This document shows, one piece after another, positions 37,694 through 47,744 of a stretch of DNA of 64,000 nt. The DNA comes from an uncultured delta proteobacterium (GTDB lineage Bacteria; Desulfobacterota; RBG-13-43-22), in assembly GCA_963802945.1 (NCBI GenBank), contig CAWDKY010000016.1:224001-288000 (forward strand), in the 5' to 3' direction. The position numbers were made by a program, and so were the translations under genes. The notes below the pieces were generated by a model. It saw nothing but the letters and a program-made list of their open reading frames with translations, did no database searches and was not told where the DNA came from. Position 1 is the stretch's first letter; the number at the start of each line of letters is the position of its first letter.

Positions 37694-39511
37694 TCAGTCC
37701 GCAACCAGAGGAAAGCGCACGACCATGGTTGTCGAACTTTTTCCCACTTTAACCTCGATTCGGCCTTTGAGTAACCGGATGATGCGATGGGTAATATAGA
37801 TCCCCCGGCCCCGACCTTCCCCCTCCAGGAGTTTCAGCCGGTCTTCATCTGAGATTTGGCCGGTATTGGCAATCTCGGCGCAGGCCCAATGACCATCGGC
37901 GTAAGTGCGCATGGAAAGTTTACCCCCTTTCTGGGGAATAGCCTTGGTGGCATTATTGAGCAGGTTGTCCAAAATGCGTTCCAGGTGGATGGAATAACAG
38001 CGCACAGGCAGTACATCATGAAAAGGCCCTTCCTGAAGCATCACATTGGTTTTAACCATCTCTTTGATGGCTTCTTTGTTAATCTCAAATCGTTTTTTTA
38101 GGATCTCCGTCAGGTTGACGATCTGTTCTTTATCGGCCTGATGAATACTTAAAGCCATCTCCTGCATTCGATTGGTCTCGTCCACCAAAATATCTAAATA
38201 TTTTTTAATGGCTGGGTTTTCCTTCAGCGGGGCTTCCTTGGCCAGCATCGTTTTCAACCTCCGGGCGAAACCGGCAATGGCTATGGCCGGGTTCTTGAAA
38301 TCATGGAGGGTGTCATCCAACTGTTCCATTCTTTGGGCCTGCATAAGCTCCCGGCCCAAAAAAAGAAATATCTCGATCTCCCACTCGCTGTATCCTTTTC
38401 TTGAGTCCAGGGCATCAAAGGTCATGAAGTGGGTAATCTCTCCACTCACTTTGAGAGGGATATAAAGAATGGAATTAATATGGTGGTCGGCCGCAAATTT
38501 TTTCAGGTTGTTGGAGATTTTGTCGCTTCTCTGAGGATCGATGATCAGGATATAAGAGGGGGTCACCACTTCATAAGGGGATTCCTGGGTGCTGCTCTCC
38601 GGTCTCAAAACGAGTTCAAAAGCCGGCTCACTTTTCACCGAAAATCGTTTTCCAATACCATGATACCCGGTGGTATCGGAGTAGCCAGCTTCAAGGACCA
38701 CTTGCTCCAGGTCCCTCGAAACCGAAAAAAGGGCACAGCTCTGGACATTGATGATGTCGGCAATCTCAGGGATCACCCGATTGAAGACGTCCTTCATCTT
38801 GATTCCCTCCCGGGAACCGGTTTTCTGGAATACTTTTTGGACAATGGCCTCCTTCTTCTCGTTGATCTTGTAAAGAGAGAGAATTTTTTTTCGGGCGATG
38901 ACAAAACTGAGTCTCCGGGCCATGAGTTCCGCCATCCGCACGTCCAAGGGAGGAAAGCGGTGATCTTCTTCCGCATAGTATATCTGGATCACCCCGACCG
39001 TCTCTCTCTCATGAGGGAAGAAGCGCGGTATGGCGAAAGGGACGGCCATCAGGGAATGGGCCCCTCTAAGAGCTATGACCTCTTTATTCCCATAAAGGTC
39101 TTCACGCAGGATGCTGGGAACCAGATAAGTCTTTTGGGTCTTCACCACTTCTCCGGCAATCGTATTTTCCAAGGGAATGTAAGTGGCCCGCGAAGCCTCC
39201 TGAAAGGGATGGGACCCGTAAGAAAGCATCTGGCCGGTATTAGGATCGTAAATTCTGACTGAGGCCGACAAGGCCTCTAAAAATTCCACCATGATTCGGG
39301 TCACTCTAGTCAGGATTTCCTGTTCGGACAAGTCGGGGTTGATTTCAATAATTTCATCTACCTGGCTGGAAATCTGATTCAGAAAATCAGGGAGTGTTGA
39401 TTCCTGTAAGGTCGCTGCCAGTTGATTCCAAAATGCATCACTCCGGCAATCCGGTTCTCGGAGTTCCTTTTGCATGGTCTTGATAAGCTTGTGGATAAAA
39501 TGCCGGATCAT
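37694..39511 (-). CDS. Cytoplasmic sensor histidine kinase with two GAF domains
   Basis: SLMAVPF and SILYIPL GAF strands; LHDFKNP H-box; NLLNNA N-box; GRGRG G2-like box. Confidence 0.85.
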   Translation of the reverse strand: MIRHFIHKLIKTMQKELREPDCRSDAFWNQLAATLQESTLPDFLNQISSQVDEIIEINPDLSEQEILTRVTRIMVEFLEALSASVRIYDPNTGQMLSYGSHPFQEASRATYIPLENTIAGEVVKTQKTYLVPSILREDLYGNKEVIALRGAHSLMAVPFAIPRFFPHERETVGVIQIYYAEEDHRFPPLDVRMAELMARRLSFVIARKKILSLYKINEKKEAIVQKVFQKTGSREGIKMKDVFNRVIPEIADIINVQSCALFSVSRDLEQVVLEAGYSDTTGYHGIGKRFSVKSEPAFELVLRPESSTQESPYEVVTPSYILIIDPQRSDKISNNLKKFAADHHINSILYIPLKVSGEITHFMTFDALDSRKGYSEWEIEIFLFLGRELMQAQRMEQLDDTLHDFKNPAIAIAGFARRLKTMLAKEAPLKENPAIKKYLDILVDETNRMQEMALSIHQADKEQIVNLTEILKKRFEINKEAIKEMVKTNVMLQEGPFHDVLPVRCYSIHLERILDNLLNNATKAIPQKGGKLSMRTYADGHWACAEIANTGQISDEDRLKLLEGEGRGRGIYITHRIIRLLKGRIEVKVGKSSTTMVVRFPLVAD

Positions 39512-39526
39512 CGTTTGCCTGTTCCC

Positions 39527-40174
39527 TCAATATCCCATCGGCTCGCCGACCAATTTGACATGGATTCGGTCCTTGACCATATGGCCTTCAATGATGGACC
39601 ACATATTACAAATACGGGTGGGAGTCCGGCAGTCGGAGCACAGACCGGTTTTGACACAAGGATTGGACAGGCCGTAGCGGATATTATTCAGGGGGGCGGC
39701 GTGATGTTTGACCCGTTTTAAAGCCGCATCCAAATCCGGGGCCACCTTATTCATTCCCACCATGAGAATAACTTTTTTAGGGCCGAAAGCCATGGCCGCC
39801 ACCCGGTTTCCCATCCCGTCCAGATTAACCAATATCCCGTCTAAAGTGATGGCATTGGTGCTGGAGATCATGATGTCGGCGAAAAGTCCCTGACGGCGCT
39901 GATCCAGACCTTCTTCCGGGGACAACTCCGGCTGGTAAGGATCGATAACTTTTACTCCAGAGATGGCTTTGACCGCCTCCCAAAGGCCGATCTCCACCAG
40001 GGAAGTCGAACCGCAGCGATAAACAATGGCACCTTTAGGGATCATTTGGATGACCTCTTCTTTGGCCTGACTGATGGTGGGGGCGAAACTTCCGGCCATC
40101 CGTTTTTTCTCCAGTTCGGTAATGATATGCCGGGCGACCATCTCATTATACTTTTCCTGAACCGTTTCCATCAT
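39527..40174 (-). CDS. LUD domain (LutC/YkgG family) protein
   Basis: SSTNAITLDG.LVNLDGMGNRVAAM.FGP, GMNK, PCVKTGLCSDC..RICN. Confidence 0.9.
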   Translation of the reverse strand: MMETVQEKYNEMVARHIITELEKKRMAGSFAPTISQAKEEVIQMIPKGAIVYRCGSTSLVEIGLWEAVKAISGVKVIDPYQPELSPEEGLDQRRQGLFADIMISSTNAITLDGILVNLDGMGNRVAAMAFGPKKVILMVGMNKVAPDLDAALKRVKHHAAPLNNIRYGLSNPCVKTGLCSDCRTPTRICNMWSIIEGHMVKDRIHVKLVGEPMGY

Positions 40175-40412
40175 ATTCTCCTTCCGATACCTTCCACAGA
40201 ATTTTTTTATCCCTTTTCATACAAAATCTGTTATTAAAGCATTATTATAAACTAAACATTTCGATGTTCAAGTTTTATCTTTTTCCAAAGGAATCGTAAC
40301 CGGAGGAATGACAATCCAATGAGGCTATGGTAGCTGCTGCCAAAGCCAGGGGGTCTATGGAAGAGCCTGAATTGAACAACCATCTTTTTTTACAGACTAA
40401 GGGAAAAGTCCT

Positions 40413-41207
40413 ATGCTGTCTTACCCCAACATCGATCCGGTCTTGATTGCTTTCGGTCCCTTTCAGATCCGCTGGTATGGCATGATGTACCTGCTGGGGG
40501 CGGTTTTTTCCTATCTTTTGGTCCGTTATCAACTGGCCCGCCAGAAATCCCCGCTGCTGGCCAAAGAACAACTGCCGGACCTTTACTTCTATCTGGTCCT
40601 GAGTTTGATCCTTGGGGCGCGCTTGGGATATGTCCTCTTCTACAACTTCAGAGAGTATCTTCAGCATCCCCTGGAACTGGTGGCCGTCTGGCACGGCGGG
40701 ATGTCCTTTCATGGGGGTTTGGCAGGACTATTCCTGGCCGGTTGGTGGTATTGCCGGAAAAACAAGATTGCTTTTTTGGACTTGGGAGATCTGATTATTG
40801 TTACGGCTCCGATCGGCTTAGGGTTGGGAAGGCTGGCCAATTTTATCAATGGAGAACTTTACGGGCGCATCACCTCTTTTCCCTGGGGTATGGTCTTTCC
40901 TTATGGTGGCCCCTTCCCCCGCCACCCGTCACAGCTTTATGAGGCCATCCTGGAAGGGGGGTTGCTTTTTGGCCTGCTCTGGCTTTGGAGAAATAAAAAA
41001 ACTTTCTCCGGGGCCATAGTTGTGCGGTTTTTAATCCTGTACGGTGCGTTTCGAATTTTGGTCGAATTTTTCCGTGAACCGGATGTCCAGGTAGGTTTTC
41101 TTTGGGGATTTTTAACCATGGGTCAGTTACTCAGTTGCTTGATGATCTTAGTGGGATTTTTTTTATTTTTCAGCCGAAGGTTTAATAAAAAGCACATCGG
41201 CTTGTAG
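40413..41207 (+). CDS. lgt: Prolipoprotein diacylglyceryl transferase
   Basis: IRWYG, GARLGYV, GGMSFHGG, GRLANFINGELYGR, HPSQLYE. Confidence 0.97.
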   Translation: MLSYPNIDPVLIAFGPFQIRWYGMMYLLGAVFSYLLVRYQLARQKSPLLAKEQLPDLYFYLVLSLILGARLGYVLFYNFREYLQHPLELVAVWHGGMSFHGGLAGLFLAGWWYCRKNKIAFLDLGDLIIVTAPIGLGLGRLANFINGELYGRITSFPWGMVFPYGGPFPRHPSQLYEAILEGGLLFGLLWLWRNKKTFSGAIVVRFLILYGAFRILVEFFREPDVQVGFLWGFLTMGQLLSCLMILVGFFLFFSRRFNKKHIGL

Positions 41208-41256
41208 GGATCTCTTTCCTCTAAATAGAAAGAATAGGCTTTTTTAAGAAGGCTTT

Positions 41257-42039
41257 ATGAAAATAATGCGTTTTATTTACCAAGAAGAAGCGGAGTACGG
41301 TGTTGTCACTCAAGACAGCCTCCGGAAGATTGAAGGCTGGCCCTCCGGGTCCTATGCCATATCGGAAGAATTAATTCCTATCAGGGAGGTGAAAGTCTTG
41401 CCTCCCGTGATGCCCAGTAAAGTCGTGGCCATAGGATTGAATTATGCCAAGCACGTGACTGAAGTGAAGCTGGATCGGAACGCCCCTTCGGCCCCTCTTT
41501 TTTTCTTAAAACCCCCCACTTCTATTATCGGTCCGGAGGAAGGGATCATCTATCCTGCAAAAAGCAATGAACTTCATTATGAAGGGGAACTGGCGGTCAT
41601 TATAAAAAATCGGACTTGGAAGATACAGCCGGAAGAAGCCCCGGATTTTATCCTGGGGTATACTTGTCTTAATGACGTCACCGCCCGGGATTGGCAGCGA
41701 TCGGACGGGCAATGGACCCGAGGAAAGTCTTTTGACACCTTTTGCCCTATCGGCCCGGTCATTGCTTTGGACATCAAAAATTCGAATGCCCTAAAAATTG
41801 AAACCCGGCTAAACGGCCAGGTGAAACAGTCCGCCTCCACCGCCGATCTTTTGTTTAAGGTGGAGGATTTGGTCAGCTATATCTCCCATCATATGACTTT
41901 ACTGCCGGGAGATATCATCGCCACCGGAACCCCGGAAGGGGTTGGCCCGATGAAGGTCGGGGATACGGTTGAGGTGGAGATTGAAGAGATCGGGGTCTTG
42001 CGCAATCATGTGATCGAGGAAAGAGAGAAAGAATGCTGA
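41257..42039 (+). CDS. Fumarylacetoacetate hydrolase family protein
   Basis: IGLNY, FLKP, YEGEL, NDVTARD, GKSFDTFCPIGP, TGTPEGVG. Confidence 0.94.
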   Translation: MKIMRFIYQEEAEYGVVTQDSLRKIEGWPSGSYAISEELIPIREVKVLPPVMPSKVVAIGLNYAKHVTEVKLDRNAPSAPLFFLKPPTSIIGPEEGIIYPAKSNELHYEGELAVIIKNRTWKIQPEEAPDFILGYTCLNDVTARDWQRSDGQWTRGKSFDTFCPIGPVIALDIKNSNALKIETRLNGQVKQSASTADLLFKVEDLVSYISHHMTLLPGDIIATGTPEGVGPMKVGDTVEVEIEEIGVLRNHVIEEREKEC

Positions 42040-42186
42040 TCATTGATATTATGACAAAGAAACGCTGCTTGCGCAATACACACATTCCCCTCGGCGAAAA
42101 TCGGCACCCTTGAAAAACTAAGGGTGAAACATCCCCGTTTCTAATTCTTCTAGTTTATGTATTTTCTCTAGATTTCAGGAAAAAAA

Positions 42187-42222
42187 CAACAGGCACTTAT
42201 TCCCTTGAATAAATGTCTGTTG
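42187..42222 (-). terminator. Hairpin downstream of tRNA-Arg (probable terminator)
   Basis: CAACAGGCACTTATTC..GAATAAATGTCTGTTG preceded on + by an A-run (U-tail on -). Confidence 0.65.
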
Positions 42223-42233
42223 CCCATTTTAAT

Positions 42234-42309
42234 TGGCGCGCCCAGGGTGATTCGAACACCCGACCTACGGATTCGTAGTCCGGCGCTCTATCCACTGAGC
42301 TATGGGCGC
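42234..42309 (-). tRNA. tRNA-Arg (ACG)
   Basis: GCGCCCA/TGGGCGC acceptor stem, anticodon loop CTACGAA, GTTCGAATC T loop, encoded CCA. Confidence 0.95.
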
Positions 42310-42380
42310 GTTACAGAAGGTATAAACCGAAAGGATGGACCTGTCAACCCTATTCGGGATTGAAATATTTCCCCAACAAC

Positions 42381-43019
42381 CTAAGACCAGGAGCTTGTTA
42401 AAAAGGTATCCACATCTTCAAAAATGATCGCACCTTTTTCTTTGATTTCTGCCAGGGCCTGGGCCGAGGTTGCCGGGTCGACCCCCCGGCACAGATTTTG
42501 AACCACACTTATCTTATAGCCTCTGGCCAATCCATCCAGGGCGGTCCAGAGGACACAGTAATCCGTGGCAATTCCGAAAATAATTAAATGGTCGATTTCC
42601 CATTGCTTCAAAATTCTATTTAATTCCGTTTCCTGTCCTCCGTCGTCCTGAAAACAGGAGTAACTGTCGAATCGGTAGTCTTGGCCTTTTCGGACAACAG
42701 CTTCAAATAAATGTGGATGCAACAACAATTCCGCATTGGAGGTTCCCTGAACACAATGGGGGGGCCAGAGAACTTGTTCTTTCCCTTGTAAAACAATTTT
42801 GTCAAAAACCTTTTTCCCGGGATGATTGGTATAAAAGGAGATATGGTTGGCAGGGTGCCAGTCCTGAGAGGCCCAGAGAGGAATTCCCCGGCCTTTGATT
42901 TGATCAATCGCCTTGTTGATTTTGTGCAGATAGTCCAATCCGGTTGCCGGTACGGCCAGAGCACCGGTCATCAGGTGTGTAAAATCTCCCTGAATATCAA
43001 CCACAATGGCTCCGTTCAT
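42381..43019 (-). CDS. pncA: Nicotinamidase/pyrazinamidase
   Basis: VDIQGDF, QDWHP..HISF, WPPHCVQG, RKG..DSYS, GIATDYCV. Confidence 0.94.
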   Translation of the reverse strand: MNGAIVVDIQGDFTHLMTGALAVPATGLDYLHKINKAIDQIKGRGIPLWASQDWHPANHISFYTNHPGKKVFDKIVLQGKEQVLWPPHCVQGTSNAELLLHPHLFEAVVRKGQDYRFDSYSCFQDDGGQETELNRILKQWEIDHLIIFGIATDYCVLWTALDGLARGYKISVVQNLCRGVDPATSAQALAEIKEKGAIIFEDVDTFLTSSWS

Positions 43020-43127
43020 TCTTTTCCCCTTGAGGGTTTCAAATGGTCTTGTCCTACTTGTATCTTCATTTTTGATTCATATTATACCAAATAGGCCAAG
43101 GGATCACCAATCTTTTAACGAAAAAAA

Positions 43128-43320
43128 ATTCAAGAATCCAGAATCCAGGAGCCAGAATTCAGAATAAAAACTTTTAATCGCTTGATTCAAAGGTTTATTT
43201 TCATATTTCGTAGCGTAGTGCTTTATAGAGTATGAGAGTTAAAAACAGAAACAGAGTTCGAAGATTCAAGGATTCGAGGTTTCAATCCCGCCAGAGGCGG
43301 GACTTGGCCCCTTGAATCCT
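43128..43320. repeat. Heptamer array (near-exact reverse complement of 48497-48533) plus octamer array containing the palindrome TCCCGCCAGAGGCGGGA
   Basis: tcaagaatccagaatccaggagccagaattcagaat; gattcaagggattcgagg..tcccgccagaggcgggacttggccccttgaatcc. Confidence 0.75.
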
Positions 43321-43411
43321 TTTCTTTTACCTTTTGTTTTTTCTTGACTTATTTTGGTGGGCTGGTTAAGAGGTTAAGTGTTGCTATTCTTATAGTACTT
43401 AAAATAAGGAC

Positions 43412-44188
43412 ATGGTAATAACTCGCTTCTTTTTCGTTATCGGTCGTATGGCCTTGGCCTTCCTGTCGGAGCTGGGAGGGATTTTACTTATGTTCTTCCG
43501 GACCCTAGCCTGGACTTTTATTCCACCCTTTCGCCTGAGAAATTTAATCAAACAGATGGAATTTATCGGGGTCAAATCCCTCTTTATTGTCGTCCTGACC
43601 GGGACTTTTACCGGAATGGTCTTGGCCCTTCAGAGCTATCACGGCTTCAGAATGTTCGGCGGTGAAAGCCTGATGGGAGGGATTGTGGCCTTATCCATGG
43701 CCCGAGAGATGGGACCGGTGATGACCGCCCTGATGGTCAATGCCCGGGCCGGTTCGGCCATTGCCGCGGAATTAGGGAGCATGCGGGTTACCGAGCAGAT
43801 CGACGCCCTGCAAATGATGGCCATCAATCCGGTCCAGTATCTTTTTGTCCCCAGGATTTGGGCCGGGGTCCTGATGCTGCCCCTGCTTACGGCCATCAAT
43901 ATCTTTGTAGGTATTATAGGCGGCTATTTTGTCGGAGTTGTCCTGTTAAAAATCAATTCGGGTGTGTATCTGACAAAGACGATCAATATGATGGAGATGG
44001 CCGACCTAGTGCAGGGGATAGTCAAATCGGTCTTCTTTGGACTGATACTCACCCTGATTAGTTGTTATAAGGGATACAACACTTCCGGTGGTGCCGAAGG
44101 AGTCGGCCAGGCCACCACCGAAGCCGTAGTCATCTCTTCGGTCTGTATTTTGATCGGGACTTACGTGTTAACTTCTTTATTTTTTTGA
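43412..44188 (+). CDS. mlaE: MlaE family ABC permease
   Basis: REMGPVMTAL, GSAIAAELGSMRVTEQIDAL, GGAEGVGQATT. Confidence 0.95.
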   Translation: MVITRFFFVIGRMALAFLSELGGILLMFFRTLAWTFIPPFRLRNLIKQMEFIGVKSLFIVVLTGTFTGMVLALQSYHGFRMFGGESLMGGIVALSMAREMGPVMTALMVNARAGSAIAAELGSMRVTEQIDALQMMAINPVQYLFVPRIWAGVLMLPLLTAINIFVGIIGGYFVGVVLLKINSGVYLTKTINMMEMADLVQGIVKSVFFGLILTLISCYKGYNTSGGAEGVGQATTEAVVISSVCILIGTYVLTSLFF

Positions 44189-44300
44189 AAACCATAAACC
44201 CTATGGAATGGAATCCAGAATTCAGGACCCGGAATACAGAAAGGGAATGGTTCTGTCTTTAATCCTGCTCCTGGCTTCTGACTCCTGGCGACTATCTTTT

Positions 44301-45041
44301 ATGATCCGTTTAGTCAATATCAATAAATCTTTCAGAAGTCAGCAGGTCTTGCGGGATCTGAACCTGATCATTCCCTCCGGACAGACGACCGTGATTATCG
44401 GCCGTAGTGGCGGAGGGAAGAGTGTTTTGCTTAAACATATTATGGGACTGATGCGGCCGGATAGCGGTGAAGTCTGGATCGACGATGAGGAAATCAACCG
44501 CTTAAACCAAAGGAACCTTTACCGGGTCCGCAAGCGGTTCGGGATGCTCTTTCAGGAGGGAGCCCTATTTGATTCCATGTCCGTGGGAGAAAATGTGGCT
44601 TTTCCTATTCGGGAACATAAAAAATTGACCCCTTCTGAAATTGAAAAATTGGTTTCTGAAAAATTGGCCCTGGTGGGTTTGCGGGATATTGAAGATAAGA
44701 TGCCGTCGGAATTGAGCGGTGGCATGCGTAAGAGGGTGGCCCTGGCCCGGGCCATTGCCCTGGATCCGGATATCCTGCTGTTTGATGAGCCGACTACGGG
44801 ACTGGACCCGATCATGACCGCCGCCATAGATCAGTTAATTGTTGAGACCCAAAAGCGATTTCAAATGACCTGTGTGGTCATCAGTCATGATATCCAGAGC
44901 GTCTTCCGAATCGCCCATAACATTTTTATGCTCTATGAAGGAAAGATCATCGAAGGAGGGACCCCGGAGATCTTTCGCCAGTCCACCAATAAAATTATTC
45001 AGGATTTTTTATTGGGCCGAATCTCGGAGAATTTAATCTAA
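44301..45041 (+). CDS. mlaF: MlaF family ABC ATPase
   Basis: GRSGGGKS, FQEGALFDSM, LSGGMRKRV, DEPTTGLDP; the upstream extension in the ORF track is heptamer repeat. Confidence 0.94.
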   Translation: MIRLVNINKSFRSQQVLRDLNLIIPSGQTTVIIGRSGGGKSVLLKHIMGLMRPDSGEVWIDDEEINRLNQRNLYRVRKRFGMLFQEGALFDSMSVGENVAFPIREHKKLTPSEIEKLVSEKLALVGLRDIEDKMPSELSGGMRKRVALARAIALDPDILLFDEPTTGLDPIMTAAIDQLIVETQKRFQMTCVVISHDIQSVFRIAHNIFMLYEGKIIEGGTPEIFRQSTNKIIQDFLLGRISENLI

Positions 45042-45059
45042 AGGCCCAGAGGAGGTCTC

Positions 45060-46100
45060 ATGGAAAAAAAAGGAGTGAGCACTGAAGTTAAAGTAGGTAT
45101 TTTTGTCTTTCTCGGGTTGATTGTTCTCGGTTACATGACCCTGAAGGTTGAAAAATTTAAGTTAAAAACACAGAAAGGTTACGAAATAGCCGCCTTCTTT
45201 GACTCGGTTTCAGGTTTGGTCGAAGGCGGTGCGGTCCAGATCGCCGGGATCGAGGTGGGCCGGGTGAAAGATATCCGTCTGACCGGCAGACAAGCCAAGG
45301 TAACCATGACGATTCGCAAAGAGATCCCGATCTATTCCGGTGCCCAGGCGAGTCTTAAAACAATGGGGGTTCTGGGAGATACCTATGTCGAGATTAAACC
45401 GGGAAACGATAAGACCCCACGTCTCCTGGCTGGAGGAGTGATTCAGGAATCCTTTTCCCCTATAGAGCTGGGCGAAATTCTGTCTAGAGCCATGCCGGTG
45501 GTGGATAATATTCGTTCGGTGACAAAAACCTTAAGCGATGTCATCGGTACGGAAGCCGGTAAAACTGATCTCAAAGGTACGTTTGATAATTTCCATAAAG
45601 CAACGGATGATATTCGGAGCATGACGGCGGGACTTTCCCGTGGGGAAGGAACCATGGGAAAACTAATACGGGACGACACCCTTTACAAAGATATGAAAAC
45701 CACCATGACCGGACTGAAGGATACCATGGCCCAGATTAATGAAGGCAAGGGGAGTCTTGGAAAGCTGATTAAAGATCAGGATTTTTATGATGAAACCAAA
45801 AAGACCCTGACCAGTCTGCAAAAAGTGGCTGGGAAAATCGAATCCGGGGAAGGGTCCCTTGGGAAATTGGTCAATGACGACTCTCTGTACAAAGAGGCCA
45901 AGGAAACCGTTGCCAGTTTGAATCAAACGGCCAACAAGATCAATCAGGGGGAAGGGACCATTGGGAAATTAATCAATGACGACTCCTTGCACAAAGAGAT
46001 CAAATACACCCTGCGAAGCGTGAACAAGGCCATGGAAGGACTTTCCGAGGAGGTCCCGGTGAGTATTCTGGGAACGATTATTGGGGTGATCATTAAATAA
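45060..46100 (+). CDS. mlaD: MlaD/MCE protein with long helical extension
   Basis: TM plus MCE (SGL..G.VQIAGIEVGRV, GVLGDTYVEIKPG), then four G.GT/SxGKLxxDxxxY/H repeats. Confidence 0.9.
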   Translation: MEKKGVSTEVKVGIFVFLGLIVLGYMTLKVEKFKLKTQKGYEIAAFFDSVSGLVEGGAVQIAGIEVGRVKDIRLTGRQAKVTMTIRKEIPIYSGAQASLKTMGVLGDTYVEIKPGNDKTPRLLAGGVIQESFSPIELGEILSRAMPVVDNIRSVTKTLSDVIGTEAGKTDLKGTFDNFHKATDDIRSMTAGLSRGEGTMGKLIRDDTLYKDMKTTMTGLKDTMAQINEGKGSLGKLIKDQDFYDETKKTLTSLQKVAGKIESGEGSLGKLVNDDSLYKEAKETVASLNQTANKINQGEGTIGKLINDDSLHKEIKYTLRSVNKAMEGLSEEVPVSILGTIIGVIIK

Positions 46101-46136
46101 GAAAGGGGTCGAGGATTCGAGGGTTCAAGGATTCAA

Positions 46137-47744
46137 GTGAACAAGATGATTAAGATCGGACTCAAGTTCGTTCAACGGGGCTGGGTCAGCGGAAAACCAC
46201 GAAAATCGAATTCCAAGCTCCGAACTCTGAACTCCGAACTGAAAAAACAACAGATTTCTTCCATCGCTGGATATTTTCCCATAGTATTGTTTCTACTTTC
46301 TCTGCTATGCTTCCCCGTCGGCTGTGCCCATCTTTCTTCCGACCTGGGGCCGGAAAACGTCGCCCCTTTTTTTCACATCCAAACCGATCCGGAAAAACAG
46401 AGCCGCCGTCTGGATGCGGGCGGGCCTTTTTACTCCCAGGCGGAAGGCCCGGAAGAACGGGAATGGACGTTACGCCCTTTTTTTTCCTATAGAGAAAATC
46501 TAAAAGAACAAACTGAAGAACTGGAATATTTATACCCTATCGGCTGGTACAAAAAGACACCCGAAGGAACACTGAAGCGCCTCATTCCTTTTTTCTCTTC
46601 TTTTAAATCGGCGCCGGACCAAGAGGAAGAAGGGAAGGAAGAGCATACCGATCTTTTTCTGGTTTTTTGGGGAAAAGATAAGGCCGGGGAATCTTACGGC
46701 GGAGTGTTTCCTTTCGGAGGTTTATTTAAAGACCGGTTTGATCGGGATGAAATCCAGTTTGTGCTTTGGCCCCTTTACACCCGGATCCGGGAAGGGGAAA
46801 CACAAACGTACAATATCCTCTGGCCGATTTTTTCCCTGACTTCGGGAGGAATGCGTAGCGGATTTCGGATTTGGCCTTTTTATGGGCAGGAGAAACAAGA
46901 AGGGGAAGGGGCTTATCAAAAAATATTTTTTCTTTGGCCCCTCGGTCTTTATCAGCAAAGATATCTCGACACCGATCATCCAAAGACCTATTTTTATATT
47001 CTCCCTTTTTATCTTTCCGAGCGGAGTCCCAACGAAAATAAAAAGATTTTTCTCTGGCCTTTTTTTAATTTTTACTTCGAAAAACATTTTAACTACTTTC
47101 AGGTAGATTTCCCCTGGCCGATCTTTCAATATGCCCGGGGTGAAAAGGCTGAGGCCTTTAAGCTCTGGCCCATAATAACCTACCGTAAAGTGGATGACCG
47201 GGAGAGGATGTACTTCCTCTGGCCTCTGTTTTATCAGGAAAAAGAAGAAAATGACGAAAAAGACGAGGTTTTGAATCTATTTCTTTATGTCATCAAATTC
47301 CATCAGGTCTATTATAAACAAGAGGACCGCTGGGAAAGGGTTTCCAAGTTTTGGCCCTTCTTTCGCCACGCCGAAGACGGAAGAGGGATGGTCCATTTTT
47401 ATTTCCCGGCCCTAATGCCGGCCGATTGGGAAGGGCTTGAGCGGCATTACGGGATGCTTTTCCGGGTCTTTGAATACTACCAGGACGGGAAAGGCAAAGA
47501 GGTTTCCAAATTTCTTTGGGGTTTGTATTATCACCAGAAACAAAAAGACCTGAATAGGATCGACGTCGGTTTCCTCTTCAATTATCAAAAAGAGAAAGAG
47601 ACGGTCCAACTCTCTTTTTTGAAAGGATTGTTGGGGTATCGCCGAGACGGACCCAAACGCCAATTGAAGATTTTTTATTTCCCTATTTCCTGGGAAGAGA
47701 GGGAAGAGACTGAGAAATCACCCGTGTCCCCTCCGGGGGGATGA
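46137..47744 (+). CDS. Putative lipoprotein with many aromatic WP(F/L/I) beta-repeat units
   Basis: Hydrophobic stretch ending VGC; nine WP motifs plus related LPF/YPI/FPF variants; true start uncertain. Confidence 0.7.
   Translation: MNKMIKIGLKFVQRGWVSGKPRKSNSKLRTLNSELKKQQISSIAGYFPIVLFLLSLLCFPVGCAHLSSDLGPENVAPFFHIQTDPEKQSRRLDAGGPFYSQAEGPEEREWTLRPFFSYRENLKEQTEELEYLYPIGWYKKTPEGTLKRLIPFFSSFKSAPDQEEEGKEEHTDLFLVFWGKDKAGESYGGVFPFGGLFKDRFDRDEIQFVLWPLYTRIREGETQTYNILWPIFSLTSGGMRSGFRIWPFYGQEKQEGEGAYQKIFFLWPLGLYQQRYLDTDHPKTYFYILPFYLSERSPNENKKIFLWPFFNFYFEKHFNYFQVDFPWPIFQYARGEKAEAFKLWPIITYRKVDDRERMYFLWPLFYQEKEENDEKDEVLNLFLYVIKFHQVYYKQEDRWERVSKFWPFFRHAEDGRGMVHFYFPALMPADWEGLERHYGMLFRVFEYYQDGKGKEVSKFLWGLYYHQKQKDLNRIDVGFLFNYQKEKETVQLSFLKGLLGYRRDGPKRQLKIFYFPISWEEREETEKSPVSPPGG

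Noticed and set aside
47683-47744. 62-bp convergent overlap of the WP-repeat gene and lolA
   Set aside because: Involves only low-complexity tails; common and possibly affected by indel errors
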